Assembly (NCBI GenBank): GCA_951406725.2
Contig: OX597815.1
Span: 46,376,001-46,440,000, forward strand
Direction of reading: 5' to 3'
Source: Octopus vulgaris
Lineage: Eukaryota
Length of the DNA: 64,000 nucleotides
Under the pieces are notes generated by a model that saw only the letters and a program-made list of their open reading frames with translations, was not told where the DNA came from and searched no databases. Numbering within the stretch: position 1 is the stretch's first letter; each line of letters begins with the position of its first letter. Shown piece by piece: positions 1 through 14,544 of this stretch. Position numbers and translations under genes: made by a program.

Positions 1-9
1 ACATAGCAA

Positions 10-24
10 ATGATGATGATGATG

Positions 25-80
<56 letters not shown>

Positions 81-99
81 GATAACAATAATAATAATG

Positions 100-132
<33 letters not shown>

Positions 133-151
133 TAATAATAATAATATAATA

Positions 152-211
<60 letters not shown>

Positions 212-272
212 GAAGAAGAATATCAACAACAACAATAACAACAATAACAACTGCAATGACAACAACAACAAT
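10..272. repeat. Compound trinucleotide microsatellite (GAT)n/(AAT)n/(AAG)n/(AAC)n
   Basis: Direct reading of the repeat units. Confidence 0.97.
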
Positions 273-322
273 ATGAACAAACGCGTGAGTAACTGTTGAA
301 AAAATGTTGAAATGGAATAGCT

Positions 323-1260
<938 letters not shown>

Positions 1261-1655
1261 ATACCTGTGTGTATGTGTGTGTATATATAAGTATACATAC
1301 AAATATACATAAATATATATATAATCCATGATGTATATGTATGAATCATATATATATAAGTATAAATTATATGTGCGTGTATATTTGTATATGTAAGTTG
1401 ATCTGCTTAGATACACATACACTTATAAACACATACACATGCTCATACATGTATTCTTATACACACATTTACATAACACACACATGTATCTGGTGTCAGC
1501 AATCGCGATGGATATGATAAATAGTTGTATGTATAAAATGTGTTTGAACTCACACATGTGCACTTGGTAAGCATACCAGTAGCCTTATGTTTATACAGAC
1601 CGCGGTGTTAAACCACTGGTCCCTGTCTATCTATAAGCCAAATCCGAGAAGAATT

Positions 1656-2085
1656 TGTAACAGGATGAGAGGTCCCCGCATTGGATGGGTGCAGCTCGCA
1701 TCCTTTACATTAAATATTAATCGAAGAAAGAGTCAAGAATTCCGATCAACTTCAACAGTATAGATATTTATTTCTCGATTCGCAATATATACATTCTTCT
1801 TTCTAGGTGAATCGGCAGCCTAGGAGCTTTTCGCAGTAGTCAAGTGGAGTGAGCCAAATCCTGTCCGTTCAAGCATAGCGGAGATACGCCATGAGGTAGC
1901 AGCTTGAGAGAGCTGATAAAAACACGACTGTTTTGTCCAGCTGCTGGCGTTCAAAAGAGCGATACGAGGGAATTTCGCTGCTGCTAGTTTTCTGCGCATG
2001 CGCATGAGGGAACTTCCGGCAGGGGTACTGGAAGACTCCAACCCTGCGTATGCGTGCTGGAGATTTCCAAGATGGCGTCACTACA
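1656..2085 (-). mobile_element. Solo LTR (430 bp), probably Gypsy-type
   Basis: TGTA...TACA termini flanked by a 4-bp direct repeat AATT (1652-1655, 2086-2089); GC-richer than flanks; AATAAA on minus strand near 1770; promoter-like motifs at the 2085 end. Confidence 0.65.
1993..2077. promoter_or_regulatory. NRF1, ETS and YY1 motif cluster inside the solo LTR
   Basis: TGCGCATGCGCA (1993-2004), ACTTCCGG (2012-2019), CAAGATGGCG (2068-2077). Confidence 0.5.
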
Positions 2086-2111
2086 AATTCTACAGGTTTT
2101 GGCTCCTGAAA

Positions 2112-2245
2112 AGGCATGTGGCTCAGTGGCTAAGACGTTCGGTTTACAATCATTAGGCTGTAAGTACGATTCCCGGACAGGACTGAGCAGTGTGTTGTAT
2201 TCTTAAGTAAGACACTTGATTTCATGTCGCTCCAGTTCACTCAGG
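2112..2245 (+). mobile_element. tRNA-derived SINE head (head type H2), 3' truncated by the DD37D element
   Basis: A box TGGCTCAGTGG and degenerate B box; homologous to copies at 11222, 30092 and 60308. Confidence 0.7.
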
Positions 2246-3908
2246 TGCGGTGAATAAATTGTCTAAATTATGCAAAAATGAAAATAATACTGACATCTCA
2301 TTTTAACAGATATATTTACCCAAATTACATTAAAATATCTTGAACTACCGTAAATCCTCGAGTATAATCCGCATTTCCCCCCAAAATTGAAAGGTCAAAA
2401 TCCCTAGTGCGTACTATATACGAGGTTAAAAATGAAAAATATTTTCTAAGCAATGTCCGAGTCTCTATTTGCTGTCCGGCAATGTTTATTCAGACGCATT
2501 TTGTGATGTCGGGTGCGAAAATACCTTAAGCTAAGCCTGAAAGCAATGAAGTCATAAAAGAATCATCCATAACTTGCAGTAAGCAACATTTATCAAAATA
2601 AAAGTATTCAGAACACAGAATAACATGTAACAAAAACAATTTGCAAACATATTTACATTGCCATATAACAGTTAAGAACATCACCTTTATTGTATTACGC
2701 ATGTGCGGAAGCGTTTGTTCGACTAGGTGCTGCTGGCTTAATTACGCACGACTCAAGTTAGAGAAGGGTTTACAGTACTAAAAAGTATATTTATTCAACA
2801 ATATTACCTTCAGTTTCAACCACCGCCTCCAGACGACTTCGATATCTCCTGCATTTCTTCTGAAAGGTCTACTTGTTTAACTTAGTGAATGCTGCCATAA
2901 TCCTTGCCTTCAGATCATCTTCGGTGTTTCATGGAGTGTTGCTGGTCTCTCGCTCAACTGCGCCCCACACATAATAATCAAGGGGGTTCAGTCTGGGGAG
3001 TTAGGTGGCGAGATGTTAGGGGTGGTGTGGTCGTAGAAATTGTCTTACAGCCGTGACTGGGTTCTCCTGCTTGTGTGGTATGGTGCAGAGTCCTGTTGCC
3101 AGACATAGAGTCTTCCAGTAGCCACCCTCTTGACCCAGTGTAGCACTACCTCATCCAGGCACTTAAGGTAGGCCTCCGTGTTGAGTATGAGGCCGTGTGG
3201 GAAGATGAATAGAAGCATAACGTCGCCATCACTAATTATTACTCTAAACACCATGATGTTGACAGGATGTTTGATTTTTATCCCTCTCGGTACATGTTTT
3301 GGGGACACGGCAAGCCAACGGTTGTTCTGTGTGTTCTCCATCTGATTCTGGTAGAAATCTTTCTCGTCTGAGAAAAACCAAAGCGTGTTCGGTTGGAGGG
3401 GATGCTTGAGTTTGTTCAAAAACTTTGTAGCGTGGTCTTTTCTCTTGTCCTTAATGGTTTGGGATAAAAATTAGCCCTTTCTCACCTTGTATGAGGAATA
3501 CTGAATGCCTGCATACACTACTTGCTTGGTAAGAAACTAAGACACTCTCGTGTCCCTGGTGATGGACCTGATTGACTTGGAAGGATCGTTGTCAATCATG
3601 GCCTGGATCTCACCAACAAATTCAGGTGTTCTTTTGTTATCAGAACGATCTGAATGAGTTTTCCAAGCTGCCATACCTTCATAATCATCATTAGACTCAT
3701 CCAACTCTTTCCGAATCTTCTGCACTATCCTCACATTGACGCCCAAACACTTTGAAATGTTTGTATTGGAGCTTCCGGTGCAAATGCCAAGCAGTACAGC
3801 ATGTCGTTTCTAAGTTTCTGGTAGAGTGAATTGCATCATGGTGCTGGTTTTCTCACAGAGGTTGCCCAACTGACCCTGCTATACTGTATAGTCAACAAAA
3901 TCAAAAAT
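2245..3908 (-). mobile_element. Degenerate Tc1/mariner DD37D (maT) transposon, copy 1
   Basis: ORFs 3537-3746 and 3045-3419: WFFSDEK ... QQDSAP ... PPNSPD-NPLDY; 37 residues between the 2nd and 3rd Asp after repairing one stop and one frameshift; colinear with the copy at 28862. Confidence 0.85.
2348..2775. mobile_element. pogo/Tigger-like MITE nested in the DD37D element
   Basis: Absent from the homologous copy at 28.9 kb; TA duplicated at 2346-2347 and 2776-2777; imperfect TIRs CCGTAAATCC / GGGTTTACAG. Confidence 0.75.
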
Positions 3909-4070
3909 TAATTATTTAATTTGTAGTGGGAATATTCAACACTCAGGTCACTATACTCGATGTCACAATTTGCGGCAATATTACCGACGTGATCAACAAA
4001 ATCAGGCTCCAGTGAAGACTTCATTTCTTGGCGCTCTTCTTTCTGAACCTAACACCTAATTAACCATCAG

Positions 4071-4684
4071 TATAAATTCGGCGTACATTGACTACTTGAC
4101 AGAGAACATTAGCATTGAGTGACAGCAGAGACGAGACGGCACACGGGTGGAGAACAAACACGGACAACTGCTGACCTGTGCTGACAACAACCACAATGAA
4201 CGATCGGCGGCCGCAGCACAAGCATCAGCTAACTTTGTGACTACTACTACAATTATACCAAGAACAATAACATCCAAACTCACTCGATATTTTGTCGTTC
4301 GTAGTAACGCCAGTATTTGCTTTTTAGTTTACGGGAAGAATAAAATGCTCGTTTATCATACAAACTCTACAGATTCAGTGTTCTCCTTCGTTATAAATTC
4401 ATGAGCATTTCCCAATTCGGATGTAGGATATAAGCAGAGTGATGTCTTCGCTGAATTCAGAATAAGTAAAATAATTCGTGCTAAATTTCTCTCGTTTCAC
4501 TTATGAAAATTGCCTGAAGTATATTGAATATATCATGAATATGTACTTTATACGTATAACATAAAGAAATATTCATAGCATATCCTTGAAAATTTAGAAG
4601 AAAGAAAATGATTAAAAAGATCCTTTATATTGAAAATAAGATGCGTGGAGATTCGTTTCGTTTATGAAACCGAAAAGGAAATCA
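4071..4684 (+). promoter_or_regulatory. Candidate TATA promoter and non-coding first exon
   Basis: TATAAAT at 4071-4077 followed by unique, GC-richer sequence; A|GTGAGT donor at 4685. Confidence 0.2.
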
Positions 4685-4869
4685 GTGAGTATGGATTTGA
4701 CGAAGAAGCGACAGCAGATCCTGAAAAACCACTGCCGGAAATATGCACAGACACTGTGAATTAAAAATTAAGAAACTATTATGAATGAGCAGAGACACAC
4801 ACTGACACAACATATATACATTTATACATATATAATTAAATATTATGTATATATATATTACACACACAC

Positions 4870-4916
<47 letters not shown>

Positions 4917-5389
4917 TGTATATTTATGTATGTATTATATATGTGTACACACACCCACACACACACACGAATATGTTGTGTGAGAAACGTTCGGTTTAAC
5001 GAGGTGACATAGCTGAGATGGAGTTAGATAAATAAACTACCAAATGAAGATGAAATGCAATTATTTCAAGCTGTCATCCTTTCGCCCTCATCATTTCATA
5101 TTTATTTGTCTTTTCTCATTCACCAGCCTTTTTGTCCTTAACAATCTTACAGTCGCTCCATTGCTAGAATATCCAGCGGAGAGGGGGAGCGTTAAAACAA
5201 GAAACCTATTGACTATAAATAACGACAATGATGTGATGCTAGTATTCATGGTAATGATAATTATAGTGGTAGTTGCACGGTGACGGTAGTAGTGGTAGTG
5301 GTGGTGGTTGCTGTTGTTGTTGTGGTGGTGGTTTGAGTGTTTGTTAGTGTAATGTCGGAGTGTGATGGTAGGAGTAGTGTTAATAATGG

Positions 5390-6750
5390 TTTCAAATCTT
5401 GACTCTAAGCCAGTAATTTCGAGGTGGCGGGGTTAATTCAATTACATCGACCCCAACACTCAACTGGTACTTATTTTATCGGCCTCGAAAGGATTAATAG
5501 TAAAGTCAGCTTCGGCGGAATTTGAACTCAACGTTAAGACGTACGAGACACTGCTAAGCATTTTGGCCTGCGTGCTAAAAGATATTTGTTTCTTTATTAC
5601 CTACAAGGGGCTAAACACAGAGGGGACAAACAAGGACAGACAAACGGATTAAGTTGATTACATCGACCCCAGTGTGTAACTGGTACTTAATTTATCGACT
5701 CGTAGCGGCAAACGAAATACCGCTAAGCATTTCGCCCGGTGTGCTAACGATTCTGCCTGCTCGCCGCCTTCACTTCACGATTAACATTCCTTTCTACTAT
5801 AGGTACAATGCTCGAAATCTTAGGGGGAGGGGGACAAGTCGATTACATCGATTCCAATGCTTGACTGATACCCATTTTCTCAACCCCGAAAGGCTGAAAG
5901 ATAAAGCCGACCTCGGCGGAAATTGAACTCAGAACGTAAAGACGGACGAAATGCCGCTAAGCATTTTTCCTGGCGTACCAACGATTCTGCCAGCTCGCTA
6001 CCTTAGTAGTTGTGATAATAATATTGATAATTTTCATATAGGCATGTTGATGGTATTATCGGTATGGTGGTCACGTTTGATATGATAGTCGCGATACGCA
6101 TGGGAGTATTAAGATTGATGATAGTGGTAGTGGTGATGTTATTAGAAGTAATAGTGGTGATAGATGTGCTGTGGTGATGGAAATTTCTGCTGTTGTTGAT
6201 GATGGTGATCGTAGTCAAAGAATGTTGGCGTTAATATTTGCGTTAACGGTGCTCCTGTTACAAATGGAAGGGGTATTGGCTTAAGGAATAGAGGACGATG
6301 AGAATCAGGAATAAATTATTCTTTCATTCGTTTATGCGTTTCAACCCAAAAGCCGTAGCCATACTGAGAGCGAGAGGACGTAAGTCGATTACATCAACCC
6401 AAGTGCTCAACTGGTACTTATTTTATCGACTCCGAAAGGATGAAAGGCCAAGTCGACGTCGGCGGAATTTGAAATGAGAACGTGAAAGCAGACGAAACGC
6501 CGCTAAGCATTTCACCTGGCTTGCTATGATTTTGTCAACTCGCTGCCTTAATCTTTTCAAATATACCGATTTAAAAATTTAGCACACGGTCAGCAATTTC
6601 GTGGGTGGGTGTAAATCGATTACATCGTTCCCAGTATTCAACTTGTACTTAATTTATTGATGGCGGAATTTGAAAAGAGACCGTAAGATCGGACGAAACA
6701 CCACTAAGCATTTTGCCTAGCGTGCAAGCGTTTCTACCAGATCGCCGCCT
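5390..6750 (-). mobile_element. About five copies of SINE family A (tRNA head, GTCGACTTTGCCTTTCATCCTTTCGGGGTCGAT central domain)
   Basis: Reverse complement of the full copy at 60015-60245; B box GAGTTCAAATTCC; copies at about 5390, 5585, 5785, 6370, 6575, with non-SINE sequence at about 6003-6370. Confidence 0.85.
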
Positions 6751-6904
6751 TTTATGTAATGAATGGGTATGTCGTATTTCAACCCTAGTGGGTCGGTAAA
6801 TCATTTCTCAATAACATTTCTCAATATAGGAGCAGGAGTGGCTGTGTGGTAAGTTGCTTGATATATGCGATGGTTTCATCCACATTGCTGTTGCTGTTGT
6901 TTAA

Positions 6905-7403
6905 GACAGTGAGCTAGCAGAATCATTAGCGCGCCAGACAAAATGCTTAGCGGCATTTGGTCAGTCTTTACATTCTGGGTTCACATTTCGCCAAGGTCGA
7001 CTTGGCCTTTCATCCTTTCTGGGTTGATAAAATAAATACCAGTTGAATACTGGGATCGATGTAATTGACTGGCCCACACCCCACAAATTTCAGGCCTTTT
7101 GCCTATAGAAGAAAGGTTTATTATTATTATTATTATTATTATTGTTGTTGTTGTTATTATTATTATCATTGTTATTTAAAGTGGCGAGCTGGCAGAATCG
7201 TTAGCATGCCGGGCGAAATGCTTAACAGTATTTCGCCCGTCTTAACAGTCTGAGTTCAAGTTCCGCCGAGGTTGACTTTGCCTTCCTTTCTTTCGGGGTC
7301 GATTAAATGATTACCAGTTATGCGCTGGGATCAAGGTAATCGACTTAATACTCTCCCCCAAGCTGTCCTTGTGGCAAATAAAAATTTGAAATCATCATCA
7401 TCA

Positions 7404-7451
<48 letters not shown>

Positions 7452-7682
7452 TTTTTGTTGTTGTTTAAGACGGCGAGCTAGTAGAATAATTAGCACGCCA
7501 GACAAAATGCTTAGCTGCATTTGGTCAGTCTTTACATTCTAAGTTCAAATTCCGCTGTGGTCGACTTTGCTTTTCATCATTTTGGGGTAGATAAAATAAG
7601 TGCCAGTCAAGTACTGGGGTCGATGTAATCTACTATTCCTCTTCCCACCAAATTTGAGGCCCTGTGCCAAAATTTAAAATGT
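6905..7682 (+). mobile_element. Three SINE family A copies with (ATT)n-type tails
   Basis: GGCGAGCTGGCAGAATCGTTAG-like heads at about 6905, 7180, 7468; the first two are followed by long (ATT)n tracts. Confidence 0.85.
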
Positions 7683-7997
7683 TTATTATTTTACCTATGG
7701 CACGACTGTTTTCTATAGATCTTTGATATTTTTAATGATGTTATTAAATCGCATTCATTTAATTAAAGAACTGAGTGGAATTTACGTAAGTAAATATTGA
7801 CAAGCTTCTCCTTGCTTTGTTCTATTTACTTATCTAACTTTAGTTTTTCATTACCTTTCGAGTTTTGTAATTCGAGAAGGACGTAAGTCAACACCTGTAG
7901 TTTCCATTTACAAATTAATTTAAAATGTATTTCTTTTATTTATAGCAATCATTAAATTAGGTTAACTAGTCCTACGTACGTGCGTACCTTTATCATG

Positions 7998-8052
<55 letters not shown>

Positions 8053-8822
8053 TATATATGTGTTTGGATGTGTGTGGTTTATATAATATTTAGTCAGAAT
8101 TACATGGCAGTACATGAGGACATCTGCTAGCAGAAAAAAAAGCTGTTACATTTATCCGGCCGACAAGTTTAATAATTTAACTCTTTCTGTAGCATTGTGC
8201 ACTCATTCTTCCACATATACACACATACGCAAACCCACAAACTTATATGTATATATGCTTGTACTATCGTAATTTAAAGAAAAAATCTTGATACAGTCAC
8301 GTTTGAATTTTTGCTTTAATTAAAATCATCCTTAAAAATCAGTTTCAAAGCAAATTAACATTAGACCGAGGAAAAGCAAACTTTTGTGTGTAAGCACTCT
8401 CAGTTTCTTTACGCACACTCCAATGTCAGTATCTATATCGTAGTAATTATGCTTTGTATCAGATGTTATAATTTGCAATTTAATTCTAGAATGGAAATCT
8501 TTATGCTTCGGCAGCGGAACAGAGCGCGACTGCCGATTTCATTCTAGATTTCGTAATTTTGATTTCGTAATTGCTCATATGCTGCCTTTATTTTGAAAAA
8601 TAAAAGATGATATTTTGTATTTCCCATTCGTACGGTTACCCAAACATTTACCTCATAGAATATCCTTGAGATATTGAAGCTTCATTTACAATTTATGTAT
8701 CCCGAAATTTTGGTTGATACAGTTTCCACATCAATGAAAACTGTATCAATGCAATGTGCTCGTTTCATTTTGGACACGTTATACAGTATAAAAAATATTT
8801 TGTTTTGCAGTTTATATATGTA

Positions 8823-9222
8823 CTAGCAGTATCGCCCGGCGTTGCTCGGGTTTGTAAGGGAAATAACTATATAAGCATTTTTAGAGATGTAAAGTATAAT
8901 AGCCATCTCAATATGGCTAACCACAAAGGGGGGTGTTACTGTAGCTTTTTACGTTCTGAGATTTAATAATACATTTTTAGAGAGTTACTTCCCTTATATA
9001 ATAGCAAAACAAAAATGCATTAAAAATGGGAAAAAATGATGGTAATTTTTTTTTAAATCGTAGACTCATCGTAGACGCGCGCTAATACCCAGAAGGGCTC
9101 GATATGAATCACGACTATAAGATACCCGCTTTTGGTTACACTGCACCGCAAAATGTGGGAGTAGGTAGGAATCTAAATCGTAGGAGACAGACACCACACA
9201 ACCTCACTTTTATATATATAGA
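8823..9222 (-). mobile_element. Non-autonomous Helitron (400 bp)
   Basis: On the minus strand starts TC, ends with a CCCG..CGGG hairpin and CTAG, inserted between A and T with no TSD. Confidence 0.8.
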
Positions 9223-9592
9223 TTAACCATAAAAAATAAGAATGGCAAACGATGAAAGATAGTCGAGTCGCTTTTGAATCCGAAACTAAACTAGAAATAG
9301 TGACAAACGTTACCGATTACAATTGCTGTTGTACGGATCACAACAGAGAAATTATTATTTTATACAACGTCTATGTTTGAAAGCGGTTGCAAAGAAATGT
9401 ATATTTCTATCACGGCAGTGCTAATCCATGTTTAAATATATATTTAGCTAATTTTTAATTCAAGATGTATTTCAAATATAATAATTTCATATATATATAG
9501 ACTGATAGCCGAATTAATAAACTCTATTTACATGCATTGTGAAGTTTCATCTCCTTTGTAAATCCTAACACATACGTACGCATACACGTAAG

Positions 9593-9619
<27 letters not shown>

Positions 9620-9624
<5 letters not shown>

Positions 9625-10345
9625 CACATAAATACAAAATGGGACAAGAACCCAAAACATCCAGACAGGTGATAGAAGAAAGGGATAACAAAACATCCAG
9701 ATAGATGATACAAAGAAAACAAGGACAGATCATTCGGAGTTTTCTTTCCTCGGTCGAGTTCCAGATTATCTTTGCAATTTCGGCTGGTTATACTCGAAAT
9801 TGCTCCAGTCTGGCCAGCTCTAAGGAAAACTAAGCTAAGTGCATTAGATTCCTTGGAAGAAAGCAGTAGATGTATACGAATACTAGGACGGAAAGAAAAA
9901 ACGGAGAGGGTTACACAAATACAAATAACAGGACACAACAACAGGTGTCTTTCGACTAAGGACGAATTAAATTAAGCTGGCGTTTGTGGAAGTAAAGTCT
10001 TACGGCAGGGATACAAGATTTCACAGGCACAGGGAAGAATATAGATGTTGCACGGACAGCGGCCGAACCAAGAAAGAAAGGTCAGGCTTGGCCGAACACT
10101 GGTCACGTGGGGAGAGAAGTGAGAGAGGTAGAGGAAGAGGGACAGAAGAAATAAGAAGGGGCGAGAAAAAATGGCAGGGACACAGTGAAGTGAAAAGAGG
10201 AGAGAAAATGAGCATGAAGAGAAGGCAATGAAATGTGAGGGAGGGGGAACGAAAGAACGAAGAGTGGAATGAACGAAGTAAGCGTGAAAGGGCTGATAGA
10301 AAGAAGGAAAGAATAAAGGAATAGAGTCGTGCAAGATTTAAATAA
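9620..10345 (-). mobile_element. Non-coding interspersed repeat between (TA)n tracts, probably PLE-derived
   Basis: 9630-9905 is the reverse complement homologue of 56430-56710; degenerate C(C/T)GAGGA...CGAA motif. Confidence 0.55.
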
Positions 10346-10369
10346 ATATATACTTACATATAAGAGACG

Positions 10370-10435
<66 letters not shown>

Positions 10436-10441
10436 CATACA

Positions 10442-10517
<76 letters not shown>

Positions 10518-10520
10518 TAT

Positions 10521-10572
<52 letters not shown>

Positions 10573-11221
10573 GAAGAAAGATTTCTGTGCATATTAATTC
10601 CTTTTTATTTGGCTTCCTTTCACCCATTCCCTCGTTTCAAAAAACTCAGTTCTCTGGGTTTCCAACCAAGCACAAGCCGTATTGATTCCACTTTTATCGG
10701 AGGGCTTGCAAAATCCTGGTCACTTACAAACTAAACCGTAAAATAATCACTTTGTTAATTTGACAGAACCTGTCAGTAAAACGCATACTTCAAGATACGT
10801 TTACCTCATTGTATAATCATAAAAATTCTGTGCAAGAAGGCGGATAAATGAACAAAAACTTTTCATTGCTCTTCTCTTAGAATGGAAGGATATTTACGTA
10901 TCTGTTGCCATTTTTTGCAGATCAATTTTAATACTATCCAGGAAGTATTTTTCTTAATCCTTTCTCTATGCTATTTTCATCAGTGTTTCGGGTTCATATA
11001 TTCATTAATTCATTCCATATAGGTTTTTTTACTTATCCGTTTTCAAACCACTGCTGGAGGAAGCTTTAGTATACATACTTTTGCCGACTTATCTAAGCTT
11101 TTTGTGGAACTACCTGTCATCGCTGGGCAATTGCGAGTTGGCTTGTGTGTTCCACTGGCCAGATGATTATTCATGAATATCGGTCATACGTGACTCTATA
11201 TGAAGTATATATGATTTTTAT

Positions 11222-11455
11222 GAGGCGCGTGGCCGAGTCGTTAGGCTGTTGTACTCGTGATCGCTAGATCATACGTTATGTTCTTCCGCAAAACACTTCA
11301 TTTCATCCCCCTTTTCATCATGGGGGAATGTTGACCTGCTCGCCCAGCTACCGAAGTGGCGTCACTTGAAGGCTAAAACAATGCAAAAGCGCATTGTGAC
11401 CAGCGATGGGTAACAACATCTAATACCCCGGTTGGTCACCTGGTCACGTGATATG
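11222..11455 (+). mobile_element. SINE, head H2 with tail T2
   Basis: tRNA-like head; tail GAAGGCTAAAACAATGCAAA...TGTGACCAGCGATG shared with 44318-44620. Confidence 0.75.
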
Positions 11456-11749
11456 ACTTTTAGTAGTTCTGATCGAGTAATGATTGAATGAAGCATCGTA
11501 TCCGAATAATTAAACTCTTGTTACATGTATTGTGAATTTTCTCTCCTTTTGTAAGTCATAACTCACACACACAGACACAGATACACACACAAATACATAC
11601 ACACGCGCACAAGCATACATACACACTCACTCACACACACACAGATGCGCATACATGGGAATGTATGTGTAGAGAGGCGGAAAGAGAATAGAAAGTAACA
11701 TAAAAAGAAAAAGAGGGACAGACAGAGGGAGAGAGAGAGGGGGAGAGAC

Positions 11750-12117
<368 letters not shown>

Positions 12118-12282
12118 GCTATTAGTTATAAGGATCAACATAATATTTACTTTCCTTGCCATAAAGTTCACCACAGAAGTAAATATGATCCCTATGGTGC
12201 TAACAGTAAAACTATGCTTTGATTCCTGTCATCTGAACCGTTTATTTTACCATTTTCTTATCCAATATGCTTCTGCAAACAG

Positions 12283-12329
12283 ATGTTGGAATTCATGGCA
12301 GAAAGACCATCATCTGTTCGTGTCAGTAG
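12283..12329 (+). CDS. Candidate 47-nt exon starting with ATG (MLEFMAERPSSVRVS, phase 2)
   Basis: Pyrimidine-rich tract, CAG acceptor (12280-12282) and AG|GTATGT donor in unique sequence; no homology recognised. Confidence 0.3.
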
Positions 12330-12448
12330 GTATGTAATCTCTGATGCTTCTCGATCAAAAGTAATAAAAAGAAACTAAATATAATAAAAAATATGGATTA
12401 AAAAAGTTTCAGTATCTATCTATCTGCCTGCCTGCCTGCCTGCCTGCC

Positions 12449-12514
<66 letters not shown>

Positions 12515-12739
12515 TTTATTTATCTTATCTATCTAAAACATGTTAGCGGTGTCTGCTCGTATTAAAAAAGAATAAAGCCATCTACATTTTTATCTCTTCT
12601 GTAACCATATATTTATCTATGCATTAATATGTATGTACGCGTGCATGTGTATACTTACATACATATATGCATACATATATGTATATACATATATCCAGAG
12701 ATAACCCTATATTTACATGCTATTATTTATAGCTCATCT

Positions 12740-12930
12740 CACGCCGGGCGAAATGCTTAGCGGCATTTCGTCTGTTGATACGTTCTGGGTTCAAATTCTT
12801 CCGAGGTCGACATTACCTTTCATCGTTTCGGGGTCGATAAAATAAGTACCAGTTATGCAATGGGGTCGATGTAATCGACTTAATCACTTCCCCCAAATTT
12901 GAGGCCTTGTGTTTCCAGTAGAAAGGATTA
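12740..12930 (+). mobile_element. SINE family A
   Basis: Matches family consensus, tail B. Confidence 0.85.
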
Positions 12931-13104
12931 TTTATAGCTCATCTAATTTAGGATCTAACGTTCCAGAAAATAATTATTTCATGTTCTCTTGAAATTTACA
13001 AATTCTTATGGCATTAAAAACGCGAGTGTGTGTATGTTTGTGAGTGTGGGTGGGTTAATTGGGCCGCAGGATGCTAAATAGCATGACTATAATACGTCTA
13101 TAAT

Positions 13105-13500
13105 CTTTTCTACTCTAGGTACAAGGCCTGAAATTTTGGGGGAGGATGCCAGTCAATTACATCGACCCCAGTGCCTAACTGGTATTTAATTTATCGACCC
13201 GAAAGTATGAAAGGCAAACTCGACCTCGGCAGAATTTGAATTCAGAACATAAAGACAGACGAAATACCTATTTCTTTACTACCCACAAGGGGCTAAACAC
13301 AGAGAGGACAAACAAGCACAGACAAACGGATTAAGTCGATAATATCGACCCCAGTGCGTAGCTGGTACTTATTTAATCGACCCCGAAAGGATGAAAGGCA
13401 AAGCCGACCTCGGCAGAATTTGAACTCAGAACGTAACGGCAGACGAAATACCGCTGAGCATTTCGCCCGGCGTGCTAACGATTCTGCCAGCTCTCCACTT
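13105..13500 (-). mobile_element. SINE family A tandem dimer
   Basis: Two units joined at GAAATAC|CTATTTCTTT (about 13267). Confidence 0.85.
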
Positions 13501-13934
13501 TCTACAATACGTCTATACTGACTATATACCCCGGTGGTATTTGATCAGAAGATAAGGATGGATGACAATTAATTCTGTAGTGTAATCATTCGATTGTTCC
13601 AATCCCAATTTGAATTCCAATGTATCCTAAAGTTCTTATCTTGACGTAAAATTAACGAAGCAAATATCATTTACCTCCCCCTTGGTCTCTGACATCATCT
13701 GACAAACTCCAACCAAGATGATATGAATCAACCGAGCTTTACCTGCAGAAATAGCAATTGAAATGCTTTTAAATCAGGTTCCAATGCCTGATGTTCAAGA
13801 AGCAAATGAAGGCAGATTTCCCTTCCTAGGATCATTTTGATTTCCAGAATATATACTATGTCTGTGTAGAACAAATATAGACTGAGCTGCAGGGGTCCCA
13901 GACAAAAAATTTCGCATTTATTATATTATATTAT

Positions 13935-14088
13935 GGTTGTGTACTAAGAGAATTGCTTGCCAACCATATGGTTACGGTCTCAGTCTCACTGATTGACACC
14001 TTGGGCACGTGTCTTCTATTATAGCCTCGGGCAGACCAAAAACTTGTGAGTGGAGTTGGTAGACGGAAATTGAAAGAAGCCCGTCGTA

Positions 14089-14090
<2 letters not shown>
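13935..14090 (+). mobile_element. SINE family B, 5' half
   Basis: Matches head and CCTTGGGCA...GAAAGAAGCCCGTCG of the full copy at 17078. Confidence 0.8.
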
Positions 14091-14128
<38 letters not shown>

Positions 14129-14131
<3 letters not shown>

Positions 14132-14477
14132 CAGTATCGCCCGGCGTTGCTCGGGTTTGTAAGGGAAATAACTATAAAGCATTTTTAGAGAGTTATAGCC
14201 CAAAAATGGGAAAAAAATAATGGTAAATTTTTTTTTAGTTAAAAAGGTCGAGTTGCGTCCCCTAGACAGTCTGTGGTTTGTGTTTCTGATTCTCGACCCC
14301 ATGTCGAATTTATCGATTTTTTTCAGAACTGGGGGAACTTTTCAAAATTTTCGCTGCGTTAGTTTTGAATTATGACATTGGGCTATGTGTGTGTCAAGTT
14401 TCATCAGAATCGGTTGAAAGCCGTGGTCAGGGTGAGGGTACAACCTAACAGACACACAGACAAACAGACAAACTGCC

Positions 14478-14500
<23 letters not shown>
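14129..14500 (-). mobile_element. Non-autonomous Helitron related to 8823-9222
   Basis: Near-identical 3' hairpin end (GCAGTATCGCCCGGCGTTGCTCGGG on plus) then a different body; both termini merged into (TA)n. Confidence 0.7.
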
Positions 14501-14526
<26 letters not shown>

Positions 14527-14544
14527 TGTGATATATATTTTTAT

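Noticed and set aside
4612-4764. Acidic open frame VEIRFVYETEKEISEYGFDEEATADPEKPLPEICTDTVN
   Set aside because: No start codon or good acceptor and no recognisable homology.
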